A DNA stretch of 64,000 bases from Promethearchaeota archaeon (GCA_019894975.1 JAGXNO010000010.1:18704-82703), one strand, 5' to 3'; counted from the first letter of the stretch, positions 1 through 9,942 are shown. Made by a program: numbers and translations. Notes: generated from the letters alone by a model not told the origin.

Positions 1-483
1 AATTACGGGATAAACGTACCTCAAGTATATGAGATTGATCCTCAAAATGCGATTATAATTATGAGATATATAGAAGGAGAAAAACTGAAAAACCTGATAG
101 AAACCTTAAATATTACTAAAATGGAGAAAATTTTCAATGAGATTGGAATTATGGTAGCCATTTTACATAAAAATGGTCATATTCATGGTGATATCACTAC
201 AAGCAATTTATTAGTTACAAATGAAGAAAATATATTTCTTATCGATTTTGGATTGCACGAATATTCCGATACTATCGAAGATAAAAGTGTGGATCTCCAT
301 CTTTTTAAAAGGGTATTGATCTCATCACACGGGAGTAACTATGAATTCTGTTTTAACGCTTTTCTTGAAGGATATCGATCAGAATATGAAAAATTAGATT
401 TTAATGAGTGTAAATCCATTATTAAAAACGTTAATGCTATTGAAACGCGGGGTAGATATGTAAAATCAGAAGATAGGAAATAA
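1..483 (+). CDS. bud32: KEOPS complex kinase Bud32 (5'-truncated by window edge)
   Basis: Frame open from base 1 (NYGINVPQVYEID..); HGDITTSN catalytic loop, IDFGL, DKSVDLHLF and C-terminal RGRY typical of Bud32/PRPK. Confidence 0.92.
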   Translation, partial: NYGINVPQVYEIDPQNAIIIMRYIEGEKLKNLIETLNITKMEKIFNEIGIMVAILHKNGHIHGDITTSNLLVTNEENIFLIDFGLHEYSDTIEDKSVDLHLFKRVLISSHGSNYEFCFNAFLEGYRSEYEKLDFNECKSIIKNVNAIETRGRYVKSEDRK

Positions 484-818
484 TTGCTTACTTGGATTCT
501 GTAATACTCTGTAAAAGAAGGAATTATTAACAGAAGGATGATTTTTTAATAAGAATAAAAATTGTTCAATCAATCTATTAATTATTCCCATTAATTGTTC
601 ATCTTAACATTTAAACAATCAAAATATATTATACCTAATATTCGAATCTTTAAATACTTTAAATAGGGATAAATAACTTTTTATACATACATTACTTATA
701 ATATATTAGTAGAAAAGAGAGAAATTGTTTTAAGTATAGAATATATCCGCATTGCTAATTCACCCTTTCACTATTCAACATAGACGATTAGAAATTAATA
801 TTGCTTGGAGTTAGACCT

Positions 819-1028
819 ATGACAGAAATTGGAAAGAAGAAAACTAAACCTAAAATGGTCAACATTACGATCAACTTACCTCAAATATATGATCAAAATA
901 TCCAGAAACTTATAAAAATGAAACTTGTACCAAGCAGGTCTGAGGCTATTAGAATAGCATTGAGAGAATTTCTTCATAATGAATATAAAAATCTAAAATT
1001 ACTCGGATTTTTTGAAGATACTATGTAA
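819..1028 (+). CDS. Ribbon-helix-helix (CopG/MetJ-like) DNA-binding protein
   Basis: NITINLP..IQKLIK..PSRSEAIRIALREFL RHH pattern; ATG at 819 preferred over TTG at 801. Confidence 0.85.
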   Translation: MTEIGKKKTKPKMVNITINLPQIYDQNIQKLIKMKLVPSRSEAIRIALREFLHNEYKNLKLLGFFEDTM

Positions 1029-1170
1029 CTTTATCGGTATAGCTATTTCCTCCTAATTCTTTACGGATTTTTGTCATATTTCAATTCTACTTTAATTTTA
1101 TGAGTTAAAATTTAATATGCATTTTTACTTAATTTTACTATAGGTAATTATAAACGGAAAAAACTAAACC

Positions 1171-1782
1171 TTGATCTTGATCTTATCAATTTACGAGAAT
1201 GGACAAAGTAGGATTGTAAAAAAAAGTGATTTTAGTAATGTGAAAGTCTATTTAGTTGATGATTTTAAAACGATATACTTATGGTTTGGTTCAAAGTCCT
1301 CTAAAAGAAAGAGAGAGTTTGCTAGGAAAAAGGCAAACCTTCTAAACGATAAGCGAAAAGTTCCTGCCAACATCCAAGTTATTAATCAAGATAAAGAATT
1401 TGGGGCTTTTCTTGCCATTATGGATGTTCTTAGAAAGGGCTTCGATGAAGACGTATCTTCGACAAAAAGAGAGGAATTAGAAATTGAAATTGAAGATACT
1501 CTAGAACTTATTGATTCTGGATTGGAAATGGATCTTGAAGCTGAAATAACTCTTGCGGCTCATAAAATTTCAGAAGATAAAGTTCCTTATGAAGAATTAT
1601 CTCGAAAATTAGCTGAATTACAACTTACTCTTTTGAGAGCTACTGGAAAACCATCAGAAAAAGAAATAACTAAAAAATGTAATGATATTCTTAAATCTTC
1701 AGCTACTTATGAGGAATTATGTTGGCTTGTTTCAGAGCTTAAAATTCTAGTTAATAAGAACCACCTAGAAAAAAAAAGCTAA
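1171..1782 (+). CDS. Single gelsolin-domain protein with C-terminal helical repeat domain (1DGelX-like)
   Basis: KVYLVDDFKTIYLWFGSKSS..RE.A..KA..L..IQVINQDKE..FL gelsolin core; C-terminal duplicated motif EI..(A/C)..I....YEEL...(A/S)EL.(L/I). Confidence 0.8.
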   Translation: MILILSIYENGQSRIVKKSDFSNVKVYLVDDFKTIYLWFGSKSSKRKREFARKKANLLNDKRKVPANIQVINQDKEFGAFLAIMDVLRKGFDEDVSSTKREELEIEIEDTLELIDSGLEMDLEAEITLAAHKISEDKVPYEELSRKLAELQLTLLRATGKPSEKEITKKCNDILKSSATYEELCWLVSELKILVNKNHLEKKS

Positions 1783-1807
1783 TTGTTTAATAAAAAAATA
1801 GAAAAAC

Positions 1808-3565
1808 TTAGCTAATTGTGAGACTGATACCAATAGCGTTAGAGATTACAGCAGCAAAAAAGATTTGTATTATCGTAAAAGAAATAAATACAACAGGATA
1901 AAAGCATTTTATATTTTCAAATATTTTGGTATTTTGAATTATAACCAGTACAAAAATAATAAATGTAAATAGCAATGAAGGAAAGTAGGATAACCTTTTA
2001 GTTAAGAACATTAAACTAATTAAAACCAATATGGTAGTTATCAAAATTACTCTATTTTTTGAACTCTTTGACTTCAAGAAATTTAATTGGGGATAAATTA
2101 TTTTTCTGAAAAGTAGCTCTATAGACATAAATATAGGAAATGCTAAATACCCGAGAATGAAATGAACCGCGAAATTTGATGGCCAGATGAAGCTAAAAGG
2201 ATAATAAAATGAAAACATCATATAAATTGCTATTAAATAAACAGTACTTACCATTATAAATATAAGATATTTGAATTTGAAATGATTTTTTATATATTTT
2301 AAAGAAAAGATCCTTCTCCTCTCAGCTTTGGATGCTTTTAGATATGAAAGGAATTTAACCAAGTAATATAATCCGACCATGTTCAGGGAAGCATATAATA
2401 CTCCTGGTAAACCAAAGAATCTTTCAAATAATACCCAATTACCTAAAAATACACCAATTAATAGAAAAACCTTCAAAATTTGCCTTTTTTTATTTATATC
2501 TGTCGTTAAAGTCTCAAAATCATAGGAAGACGATTTTTCAACTCCCTTTTCTTTTTTAAAGAATAATTTACTTGAAAGCGAGGTCAAATATATAACTGTA
2601 ACAAAAAGTAAAACCAAATTGACTATAATCAAGATATAATTCCAATAAAATGTAATATTAATATGCCCATTTAGGGTTTCAGAATTAAAAAAATGAGATT
2701 CAAACCAATTTATTGATTTTATAAGAACTCTATCTGAAAACAATTGATGAGCACCTCCAATCATAAAACCTTTCATTGTTATTAAAGAACAATTAGTTAA
2801 TTCTTGAGCTTTTAAAGCATTTTCATTGAAATCTAAAATCTCATCATCAATATGATGTATAATTAAGAGATTTTCTGTATTTTCCTTATTTAATAAATTG
2901 ATAGGGATATAATCGATTAAATCCTCATTGTAGGCAAAACCATATCTTGGAGGTTCAAAATTTACCAACGGAGCTAAACCAACAATTACTTTGAATCTCG
3001 AATCTAAAGCTTGATTCATCAACACCACCATCCCCCCGAGGGAGTGACCAATCAACCCTATTTGTGTTAAATTCACATCGCTATAAAATGGTAAAGTTTC
3101 TAATTTATCTAATAGTTTAGAACAATCTTGTGCTAAAGCAGGAATACCTGTTATAGGATCAATATTATTTATATTTCCCCCGCTTTCTCCATGTCCTTGG
3201 TAATCTAATGCAGCAATATAAAACCCTCTCTTAGTAAATTCAACTGGTATCCTTAAGTCAAAATCTCGCTTGCTTCCGATTCCATGACAATAAATAACCA
3301 AAGGTCTTTTTTCTTGAAAGTCTAATGTTTTTGAAGGGTAATATAAATTAGCATAAAGTCTTGCCCCAGATGATTCAAATTGAACCCTTTCATAATGGTT
3401 GTAGCTAATTTCTTTATTAAATTGTAAAATTGATAGAGATATAATGAGTAATATAATAAAGAGGAGTAAATTTTTTAAACTCTTTTGATCTTTATGAGTA
3501 AGTTCACCGATTATCATATAACCAGTTTCATCCATAACTGTTGATTGTTTGCGTGAGGCCATCAT
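1808..3565 (-). CDS. Membrane-anchored alpha/beta hydrolase with multi-pass C-terminal region
   Basis: N-terminal TM, CHGIG, DYQGHGES, GHSLGG nucleophile elbow, GAH, then several hydrophobic helices. Confidence 0.85.
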   Translation of the reverse strand: MMASRKQSTVMDETGYMIIGELTHKDQKSLKNLLLFIILLIISLSILQFNKEISYNHYERVQFESSGARLYANLYYPSKTLDFQEKRPLVIYCHGIGSKRDFDLRIPVEFTKRGFYIAALDYQGHGESGGNINNIDPITGIPALAQDCSKLLDKLETLPFYSDVNLTQIGLIGHSLGGMVVLMNQALDSRFKVIVGLAPLVNFEPPRYGFAYNEDLIDYIPINLLNKENTENLLIIHHIDDEILDFNENALKAQELTNCSLITMKGFMIGGAHQLFSDRVLIKSINWFESHFFNSETLNGHINITFYWNYILIIVNLVLLFVTVIYLTSLSSKLFFKKEKGVEKSSSYDFETLTTDINKKRQILKVFLLIGVFLGNWVLFERFFGLPGVLYASLNMVGLYYLVKFLSYLKASKAERRRIFSLKYIKNHFKFKYLIFIMVSTVYLIAIYMMFSFYYPFSFIWPSNFAVHFILGYLAFPIFMSIELLFRKIIYPQLNFLKSKSSKNRVILITTILVLISLMFLTKRLSYFPSLLFTFIIFVLVIIQNTKIFENIKCFYPVVFISFTIIQIFFAAVISNAIGISLTIS

Positions 3566-3940
3566 TTATCACCAATTTTTTTAATTTCAAATATTGTGAA
3601 ACCATTCTACTATTTAAATGTTTTTAAATTTCAAATTTAGTGAAAACATTTTAAACAACTCTATCATTTTCATTTTAGATAGATATTTTTTATTAATTAT
3701 AATACAGATAAGGTCTCAAATAAGAGGATGTTCACTACTAAAGAAAAAAATAACAAGGAGAGCTTTTAGTCATCAAATAGGGAAAAAAAATACTTATTTT
3801 ATAAATCTTAAATCAAAAAACTATCTAAAATATCAATAAAATCCGTATTTTTCCTCTCAAATGAATAAATGATGGAACAATAATTACCATATTTTTTTCC
3901 ATTTAGTTGAAATTTGGGAATAGAATTAAAATTATTAACC

Positions 3941-4753
3941 TTAAGATTTTTTATACAAACCTAGAAAAATAACAATAAAAATAATCAAATCTACAAATTC
4001 TACAACTATAAGATAGCTGGCGTTTTCACCAAGAAGACTTTGCATAATAGGTCTAAAGATATTTGAGATTAGATAAACGAAAAAACCAATCGTTAAGATT
4101 TTAGGCTTTACAACCGAGAGTCGGTTTAATCTATACGCCAAATAAAAAATATAGACGATCCCTAACAGAGAGGGAATGAGCATCATAGGCAAGACCATTC
4201 CTAATAGGGTAACATTTGGTATAATGAGCACTACTATTGATTCTATAGAGACAATAATGGTTATAAGTCGAGTTCTGAGAGTATTCATATATTTTTTATC
4301 TTTTAATTTATTAAAGCGGTCCTCTAATCTAAAGAAAATTATCTCCATACCAAGATATACTAAAGGTGCTACTTCGAAAATGATGATAAAAAATCGGAAT
4401 TTTAAAAATATTAACACAATATCATCATTAAACGTAAAGAAGGTAAGGTCCCACAGGAGATCAATTGTCTTCCCAAAAATGAGAATAAGGAAGAACAATC
4501 CTAATAAGAACGGGATATCAGATAGATACTGGGCTTCTTGTTTGAACCATTTATGAAACAAGTAATAAGAAATAATTGATAAAATGATAATTCTAGCAGA
4601 TATAATTAAGACAATCTGCAATGCTCCTTCATATTCAGCAAAAGCTTTTAATACGAGGGGTAAAGAAAACAGATATAAACAACATATGCATGTAATCCCA
4701 ACTAATATACTTGAGAATAATAGTGTTTTATAAAGTCTTTTTGAAGCTGCCAT
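3941..4753 (-). CDS. Multi-pass (about 8 TM) membrane protein of unknown function
   Basis: Eight hydrophobic segments; no recognisable catalytic motif. Confidence 0.75.
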   Translation of the reverse strand: MAASKRLYKTLLFSSILVGITCICCLYLFSLPLVLKAFAEYEGALQIVLIISARIIILSIISYYLFHKWFKQEAQYLSDIPFLLGLFFLILIFGKTIDLLWDLTFFTFNDDIVLIFLKFRFFIIIFEVAPLVYLGMEIIFFRLEDRFNKLKDKKYMNTLRTRLITIIVSIESIVVLIIPNVTLLGMVLPMMLIPSLLGIVYIFYLAYRLNRLSVVKPKILTIGFFVYLISNIFRPIMQSLLGENASYLIVVEFVDLIIFIVIFLGLYKKS

Positions 4754-4842
4754 ACCAAGTGGTTTAACTTAAAATTTTTAAATTAAACTAAAATTTTTAA
4801 AATGAAAAGAATGAAAGTTAAAAAATTAATAAAAAAAATATT

Positions 4843-5094
4843 TTAAGATTTCCGACGCGTCCGAATCTTACGAGCTTCTCGTTCTACTTCTCTTAGTATG
4901 AGTATATCATCCGTTCTTATAGGTCCTTTTACATTTCGGGTTAATATCCTATTTTTATCAGGACCGTCTAATATTCTCACTTTTATCTGAGTAATCTCAC
5001 CTGTGAGTCCGGTACGTCCTATGATTTGAATTACTTGAGCCGGAATAGATAGGTCACGAACGTTAACACTCTTAGATTTTTCCAATTTAACCAT
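4843..5094 (-). CDS. rps28e: 30S ribosomal protein S28e
   Basis: [46 protein letters not shown]. Confidence 0.97.
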   Translation of the reverse strand: MVKLEKSKSVNVRDLSIPAQVIQIIGRTGLTGEITQIKVRILDGPDKNRILTRNVKGPIRTDDILILREVEREARKIRTRRKS

Positions 5095-5112
5095 TTGGGT
5101 TCACCAAGATAA

Positions 5113-5484
5113 TTACTTCTTAATCTCTTCTAACTTTTTAATTACATCATTTACCGCGCTATCATTTCCTGTTCCAACGTTTTCTATACTAATGGCGCTT
5201 GCAGATACATTGATTCTCGCAGTATTTCCTAGTTCTTTTTTAGTTGATAAGTATCCATAAGGAATTCCTTTTTCCTCGCATAGAAGTGGAATGTGGAATA
5301 AGATTTCCGGGGGAGTTACATCCTCAGCCATAATGATAAGTTTTGAAAGTTGTCTTTCAATTGATTTGGTAACTTCATTCATACCTTTCCGGATTTTAGA
5401 ATCTCGAGATTCAGCAATTTTGCTTAAGGCGTTCTTTAGCTGATTTTTTAATTGATCAGGGATTTGAAATTTTATATATGAAAT
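5113..5484 (-). CDS. rpl7ae: Ribosomal protein L7Ae (123 aa, apparent ATT start)
   Basis: KIRKGMNEVTKSIER..LIIMAEDVTPPEI..HIPLLCEEK; frame extends upstream of the ORF-track start to ATT-TCA-TAT (xSYIKFQIPDQL); in-frame TGA just upstream; SD-like GGAGATGA. Confidence 0.93.
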   Translation of the reverse strand: MSYIKFQIPDQLKNQLKNALSKIAESRDSKIRKGMNEVTKSIERQLSKLIIMAEDVTPPEILFHIPLLCEEKGIPYGYLSTKKELGNTARINVSASAISIENVGTGNDSAVNDVIKKLEEIKK

Positions 5485-5637
5485 TTTTAATCATCTCCTT
5501 CAAATATACTTTTAAATTAATATATTTTCATAATTCATCGATATTTGATATTATAATTAAGACACTATTAAAAATAAAATTTGGCATTTGAGATATAAAA
5601 CCTAAAAATTTTTTTACCATGCTTCTTTAGTTAAATT

Positions 5638-5838
5638 ATGATTATTCCGATCCGTTGCTTTAGTTGCGGGAAATTAATAGCACATACCTATAAACCTTAT
5701 TTAGAATATATCGAGAAAGGAGAAAGCTCAGAAAAAGCTTTTAAAGAGTTAGGACTTGAAAGGTGGTGCTGTAAAAGAATGATAGTTTCACACGTTGATC
5801 TTATCGACGAATTACTTAAATTTCCTCGATTACAATAA
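5638..5838 (+). CDS. rpoN: DNA-directed RNA polymerase subunit N (Rpo10)
   Basis: MIIPIRCFSCGK..LGLERWCCKRMIVSHVD. Confidence 0.97.
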   Translation: MIIPIRCFSCGKLIAHTYKPYLEYIEKGESSEKAFKELGLERWCCKRMIVSHVDLIDELLKFPRLQ

Positions 5839-5982
5839 GGAAATCTTATAATCTTTAGACTTCCTTCAAAGCATTTTCGTAGAAATACTTCTACGGTACG
5901 AATTGTTAGAGTAAAACTTTAAATTTATGCACATACAATTATATCAAAAAAAGATTGAAACATTCCAAATTGTATGCGAAAT

Positions 5983-6204
5983 TCAAAGTCTGTTCAGTTC
6001 TGCCCCAGCTATAACTTCAGTTCGCTTAAGTAGTAGATATTCCAAGCTTGTTCCTATTAAGAATAGAATAACCATAAAAAAAGATTTAAATATTGGATTT
6101 TCTGTAGGATCAGGTACTATGGGATTTCCTAGTACATTAACAGTAATTGAAGCAAAAATGAATAAAATAAGAGAGAAACTAATTAGATAATGACGCCACT
6201 TCAC
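5983..6204 (-). CDS. Small two-TM membrane protein, possibly a truncated remnant
   Basis: GTG start; signal/TM-like N-terminus, NPIVPDP, second hydrophobic helix. Confidence 0.45.
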   Translation of the reverse strand: MKWRHYLISFSLILFIFASITVNVLGNPIVPDPTENPIFKSFFMVILFLIGTSLEYLLLKRTEVIAGAELNRL

Positions 6205-6365
6205 ACCTTATAATCGATTTTAATAGCTTAAAATTCTTTGTGTTAGAAATAAATTTCATTTAGAAATTACATCACAAATAAAATGGATTATAATCAATCT
6301 ATTGAAGAGAAAGAAATATTAAATTAAACAATATTAATCCTATAAAATTAAAAATACAATAAAAC

Positions 6366-6548
6366 TCATTGCTTTCCGTAATGTGCAGTCCATCTTGTTT
6401 TTCTTGCTTTTTTGTTATAGTCCAGCATTGATTTTTTGCATTTATTGGTGCAAAAGTTAAGAATTGTCCCATCTCGTTTAATAAACATAAATCCGCGACC
6501 AATTGATATATCAAATCCGCAGAAACTGCATTTTTTAACCTTGACCAT
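6366..6548 (-). CDS. rpl24e: 50S ribosomal protein L24e
   Basis: CSFCG.DI..GRG.MFIKRDG.IL.FC..KC.K..RK.RWT. Confidence 0.96.
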   Translation of the reverse strand: MVKVKKCSFCGFDISIGRGFMFIKRDGTILNFCTNKCKKSMLDYNKKARKTRWTAHYGKQ

Positions 6549-6570
6549 TGTAATTCATCTCGTAAAATAG

Positions 6571-6975
6571 TTATTCTTTTTCCTTCTTGAAAAGTTCGGC
6601 CTCGCCATACTTAGTCACCATGAGATTTATTAATGTCATATCATAGGTCACTTCGTTGCCTCTTACCGTTTTTCTCCTTTTTTCTCCCACCCTTCGGGGC
6701 TTATAGCCTATCCCGCGTTTTGAGACAAGAATCTTTTTCTTGACGGGACCATGTACATCTTTTCTCATCGGAAATCCACTAGAATCGCTGCCACCCGTAA
6801 TACTAAACTCGTAATTTGGAAAGCCTATTAGCCCTCCATTGATGGTATCACCGATTTTCATCCCTTCAAATCTAAATTTTTTCTCATCAATCTCAATAAG
6901 TTTAGACAAACCCTTCCCAGGGCCTTCTTTTCCACCGCTAATATTTAGCTTATATGCAATTTTCTCAGAAGACAC
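6571..6975 (-). CDS. rps6e: 30S ribosomal protein S6e
   Basis: G.KIGD.I.G..IG...YEF.ITGGSD.SGFPMR.DV.G..GEKRRKTVRGN. Confidence 0.96.
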   Translation of the reverse strand: MSSEKIAYKLNISGGKEGPGKGLSKLIEIDEKKFRFEGMKIGDTINGGLIGFPNYEFSITGGSDSSGFPMRKDVHGPVKKKILVSKRGIGYKPRRVGEKRRKTVRGNEVTYDMTLINLMVTKYGEAELFKKEKE

Positions 6976-7023
6976 GATGCATCAATAATCTTGAAAACAA
7001 AGATTAAGTTCTAAAATGTATAT

Positions 7024-7044
7024 TTTCATAAAAATTTTATGAAA
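7024..7044. promoter_or_regulatory. Perfect 21-bp palindrome in a divergent promoter region, candidate operator
   Basis: TTTCATAAAA-A-TTTTATGAAA; half-site TTTTATGAAA recurs at 7081. Confidence 0.35.
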
Positions 7045-7148
7045 TTTGTAGGATTTAGATTTATTTTCTGAGGACTCACATTTTATGAAATTTATTTTAA
7101 TCATAACAACCTATAAAAATTATATCAGAATTTCATGTAACAGCTATT

Positions 7149-7979
7149 ATGCAATTATTCGAAGTAATTGAGATAACAGAATTTCCATTCATGGAAACTA
7201 AAGAAATTGTAGATGGAGTTGTAGTTAGTGATATTATTGGTGATCTCAATAATGGTAAGGTATTTTTACTTGTAGATCACGATACTAAAAGAATTTGGAC
7301 TTATAACTCTCCCATGAGTTCAATTAAAATCCAAATATATGGTGGCATTTTAGCGGGAATGTTTCGGCAACAATTAAAATTGTTTTATAGAGTGTATCCC
7401 TTGAATTTATATTCTCAGGATGATAAAGAATTTCAAGAATTAATGAATAAACAGTTAGGTCCTGGACGCGCGAAACCTATAGAAGAAAAAGAATTCTCAA
7501 AACCACTTCCAGATAAATACGTTATGGATTCTACAATACGAAGTCCTCAAATGAAGAAAGCAATTGATTATGTCAATCAATTTCCACAACCAGAAAATTT
7601 AAGTAGAAGATTTATGATTATAGGGGGAAATATTTTCGCAGATGAAGAAATTACAGAAGCCTTTTTGAAAGGAGAAATAAATGTAATTAAACCTGTGAAA
7701 TTAGGACGATTAAATAATGGTTTTACTTTCTTCAGAGATCACAATTATTCCACAAGATTAGTTATTAAAGATCGAAAAATACAAGGTATAGAATTATACA
7801 TTAAGGAAGAAGATAAATCTCCTCCCTTAGTACTAAAGATACCCGTAATTTATGAAGAAAAATTAAGCAAACCTGGTTCTATGGAAAAGTTAATTAAAGC
7901 CTTTCAAATTCCAAACCACTTGCCTGAAGATAATAACAAAGAAGCTTTCCCTAAAGATGATACTACTAATCAATCCTAA
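7149..7979 (+). CDS. Hypothetical protein with divergent N-terminal gelsolin-like domain
   Basis: GKVFLLVDHDTKRIWTYNSPMSS..Q..G..LA..FR...DDKEFQELM aligns by eye with the gelsolin domains at 1171 and 57256. Confidence 0.6.
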   Translation: MQLFEVIEITEFPFMETKEIVDGVVVSDIIGDLNNGKVFLLVDHDTKRIWTYNSPMSSIKIQIYGGILAGMFRQQLKLFYRVYPLNLYSQDDKEFQELMNKQLGPGRAKPIEEKEFSKPLPDKYVMDSTIRSPQMKKAIDYVNQFPQPENLSRRFMIIGGNIFADEEITEAFLKGEINVIKPVKLGRLNNGFTFFRDHNYSTRLVIKDRKIQGIELYIKEEDKSPPLVLKIPVIYEEKLSKPGSMEKLIKAFQIPNHLPEDNNKEAFPKDDTTNQS

Positions 7980-9291
7980 AACTTCAAAATCCTCTGAAGT
8001 TCAAAGACTTTATTTTCGAGAACCTAATTTAGGGTTGCTCTATTTAACAGCAATTTTAGACCAACACAATATCCCTATAGATATATTAGATCTCGAACAG
8101 TTCTTAGACTTGAGTGAGTTAGAATTAAAACACCTAATTGAAGAAAAATCTAACAGTTATAAGATCTTCGGTATTACTTCTTTAACAAATACCTTCCATT
8201 TAGCTCTTGATATTGCCAAAATAATAAAGGAACAAGACGAGGATAATATTATTGTAATGGGAGGCCCTCATGTCACCTTTATGTATAGAGAAATCTTAGA
8301 AAATGATATCAAAAATCAAAAATTGATTGACTTCATTTGTATTGGGGAAGCCGAAAACTCTTTTCTGCAGTTAGTTAATTTGTTAATCGGTTTAACACCA
8401 AATAATGTTTCCTTAGAAAATATCGAAAATGAATTATCATCAATTCCAGGGATTGCTTTTAACGACTTAAAGGGAAACCTAATAGTTACTCAAGCTGCTG
8501 TTGAAACTAATTTAGAACTTTTACCTTTACCTGCACGGTATAAACTTTCTCATGAATATTATTATTATACAATTGCTAATGTGATTGTTAATAGAGGATG
8601 TCCAAATCAATGTTCCTTCTGCTCAAGGCAAAAACTTTTCAAAAAAACTAAAATTAGAAGCACTACATCGATTTTGTCTGAAATTCGAGATATAATTTCT
8701 CTACAAACCTATAATTACATCAATTTTTACGATAACATTAATATAAATAATGAGTTTTTTAGAGATTTTTGCAATATTTTTATTAAAAACAAGTTAGAAA
8801 TTCCATGGGGATGTGAAATTCGTGTAGATGTAATCTCCGAGGAAGATGCTCGCCTCTTAAAAAAAGCGGGTTGTCGATTAATCGCAACGGGGGTTGAATC
8901 TGCAAGTATAGAAGTTTTACAAAAGAATTTTAAGTATCAAGATCCAGATCTGGTAAAGAATGGATTAATAAATTTGAAGAAGTTTAATATACCTATCCAA
9001 GCTTATTTTGTTTTAGGGTTACCTGGAGAAACTGAAGCTACGTTTAAACAAACTCTTGAATATATAGAGCAATTACCCTTAGAAAAGGGAGATAAAATAG
9101 ATTATTTCATAGCAACTCCCTATCCTGGTTCTCAATTATGGGATAAAAGAAAAAACTTTGAAATTAAAATTATTGAAAATGATTTCTCACGATTTGATTG
9201 TAATCATATAATCTTTGAAACACCAGATTTAAATTTAATAAAATTAGAAAAATTATATTCTCTTGCAAAAAAGATTGAGTTGGATTTTTGA
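7957..9291 (+). CDS. B12-binding radical SAM protein
   Basis: PNLGLLYL, MGGPHVT, GEAE, RGCPNQCSFC (CxxxCxxC), GVES, GLPGET, TPYPGS. Confidence 0.93.
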   Translation: MILLINPKTSKSSEVQRLYFREPNLGLLYLTAILDQHNIPIDILDLEQFLDLSELELKHLIEEKSNSYKIFGITSLTNTFHLALDIAKIIKEQDEDNIIVMGGPHVTFMYREILENDIKNQKLIDFICIGEAENSFLQLVNLLIGLTPNNVSLENIENELSSIPGIAFNDLKGNLIVTQAAVETNLELLPLPARYKLSHEYYYYTIANVIVNRGCPNQCSFCSRQKLFKKTKIRSTTSILSEIRDIISLQTYNYINFYDNININNEFFRDFCNIFIKNKLEIPWGCEIRVDVISEEDARLLKKAGCRLIATGVESASIEVLQKNFKYQDPDLVKNGLINLKKFNIPIQAYFVLGLPGETEATFKQTLEYIEQLPLEKGDKIDYFIATPYPGSQLWDKRKNFEIKIIENDFSRFDCNHIIFETPDLNLIKLEKLYSLAKKIELDF

Positions 9292-9632
9292 AAAGGTGCT
9301 TAATTATTCCTAGTATTTTCACTGAAAATGTTATTCAAATAATCAAAAGTATTCCCAAAGGAAGAGTTCTCACTTATGGTCGTATAGCTAAATTAGCAGG
9401 AAATCCAAGAGCTGCTAGGCAAGTTTCATGGACTCTTCATTCTTCTAGTAAGAAATATAATTTGCCATGGCATCGTGTAATAAGTTCAAACGGGACACTA
9501 GCAATGGTCTCAACGGAAGATAAACAATATCATAAAAAACTTCTAGAGCTTGAAGGTGTTAAGTTTACTGGAGAGTTTAAAATTGATCTGAAGAAATATC
9601 TCTGGGATATAGAATCATTTAACAATATTTAG
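9288..9632 (+). CDS. Alkyltransferase-like (ATL/MGMT family) DNA-binding protein
   Basis: IP.GRV.TYG.IA.LAG.PRAARQV..LPWHRV; Trp replaces the catalytic Cys of PCHR. Confidence 0.9.
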   Translation: MKRCLIIPSIFTENVIQIIKSIPKGRVLTYGRIAKLAGNPRAARQVSWTLHSSSKKYNLPWHRVISSNGTLAMVSTEDKQYHKKLLELEGVKFTGEFKIDLKKYLWDIESFNNI

Positions 9633-9642
9633 ATTGAAGGCT

Positions 9643-9942
9643 TTACAGCTCAGATCTATGAGGTAAACATGTTGGAAATGTCCTAAAAAATAATGAAAAT
9701 GCCGCATCTTCTTTTCCTTCTTTTATTAGATACTTAATGTTTTCGAGATTATCTTTCTGATTATTTATTATCTTAGGATTCATTCCAATCTTAACAAATC
9801 GTTTGAATCTTTCATCTAAAAGTAAAGATATTCTATTTTCATCATCTTCTTTATAATTCTTAAAGTCTTTTCTGCATGCTATTACAACTTTCCCATACTC
9901 TGGCTTTTTAGGGAATTTTCCTTCAGCAATCGTATATGTAAT
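9643..9942 (-). CDS. Hypothetical 99-aa protein missed by the ORF track (apparent ATT start)
   Basis: Open frame xTYTIAEGKFPKKPEYGKVVIACRKDF..FRTFPTCLPHRSEL*; SD GGGGTGA shortly upstream; fills the gap between neighbouring genes. Confidence 0.6.
   Translation of the reverse strand: MTYTIAEGKFPKKPEYGKVVIACRKDFKNYKEDDENRISLLLDERFKRFVKIGMNPKIINNQKDNLENIKYLIKEGKEDAAFSLFFRTFPTCLPHRSEL

Noticed and set aside
3618-3839. 73-aa + strand ORF
   Set aside because: AT-rich intergenic sequence, no motif; likely spurious
4176-4556. Antisense and nested ORFs in the track (e.g. 4176, 11886, 12921, 19514, 19920, 21977, 37246, 43563, 45467, 49919, 52204, 54650)
   Set aside because: They lie within well-supported genes on the opposite strand or frame and have shadow-ORF composition
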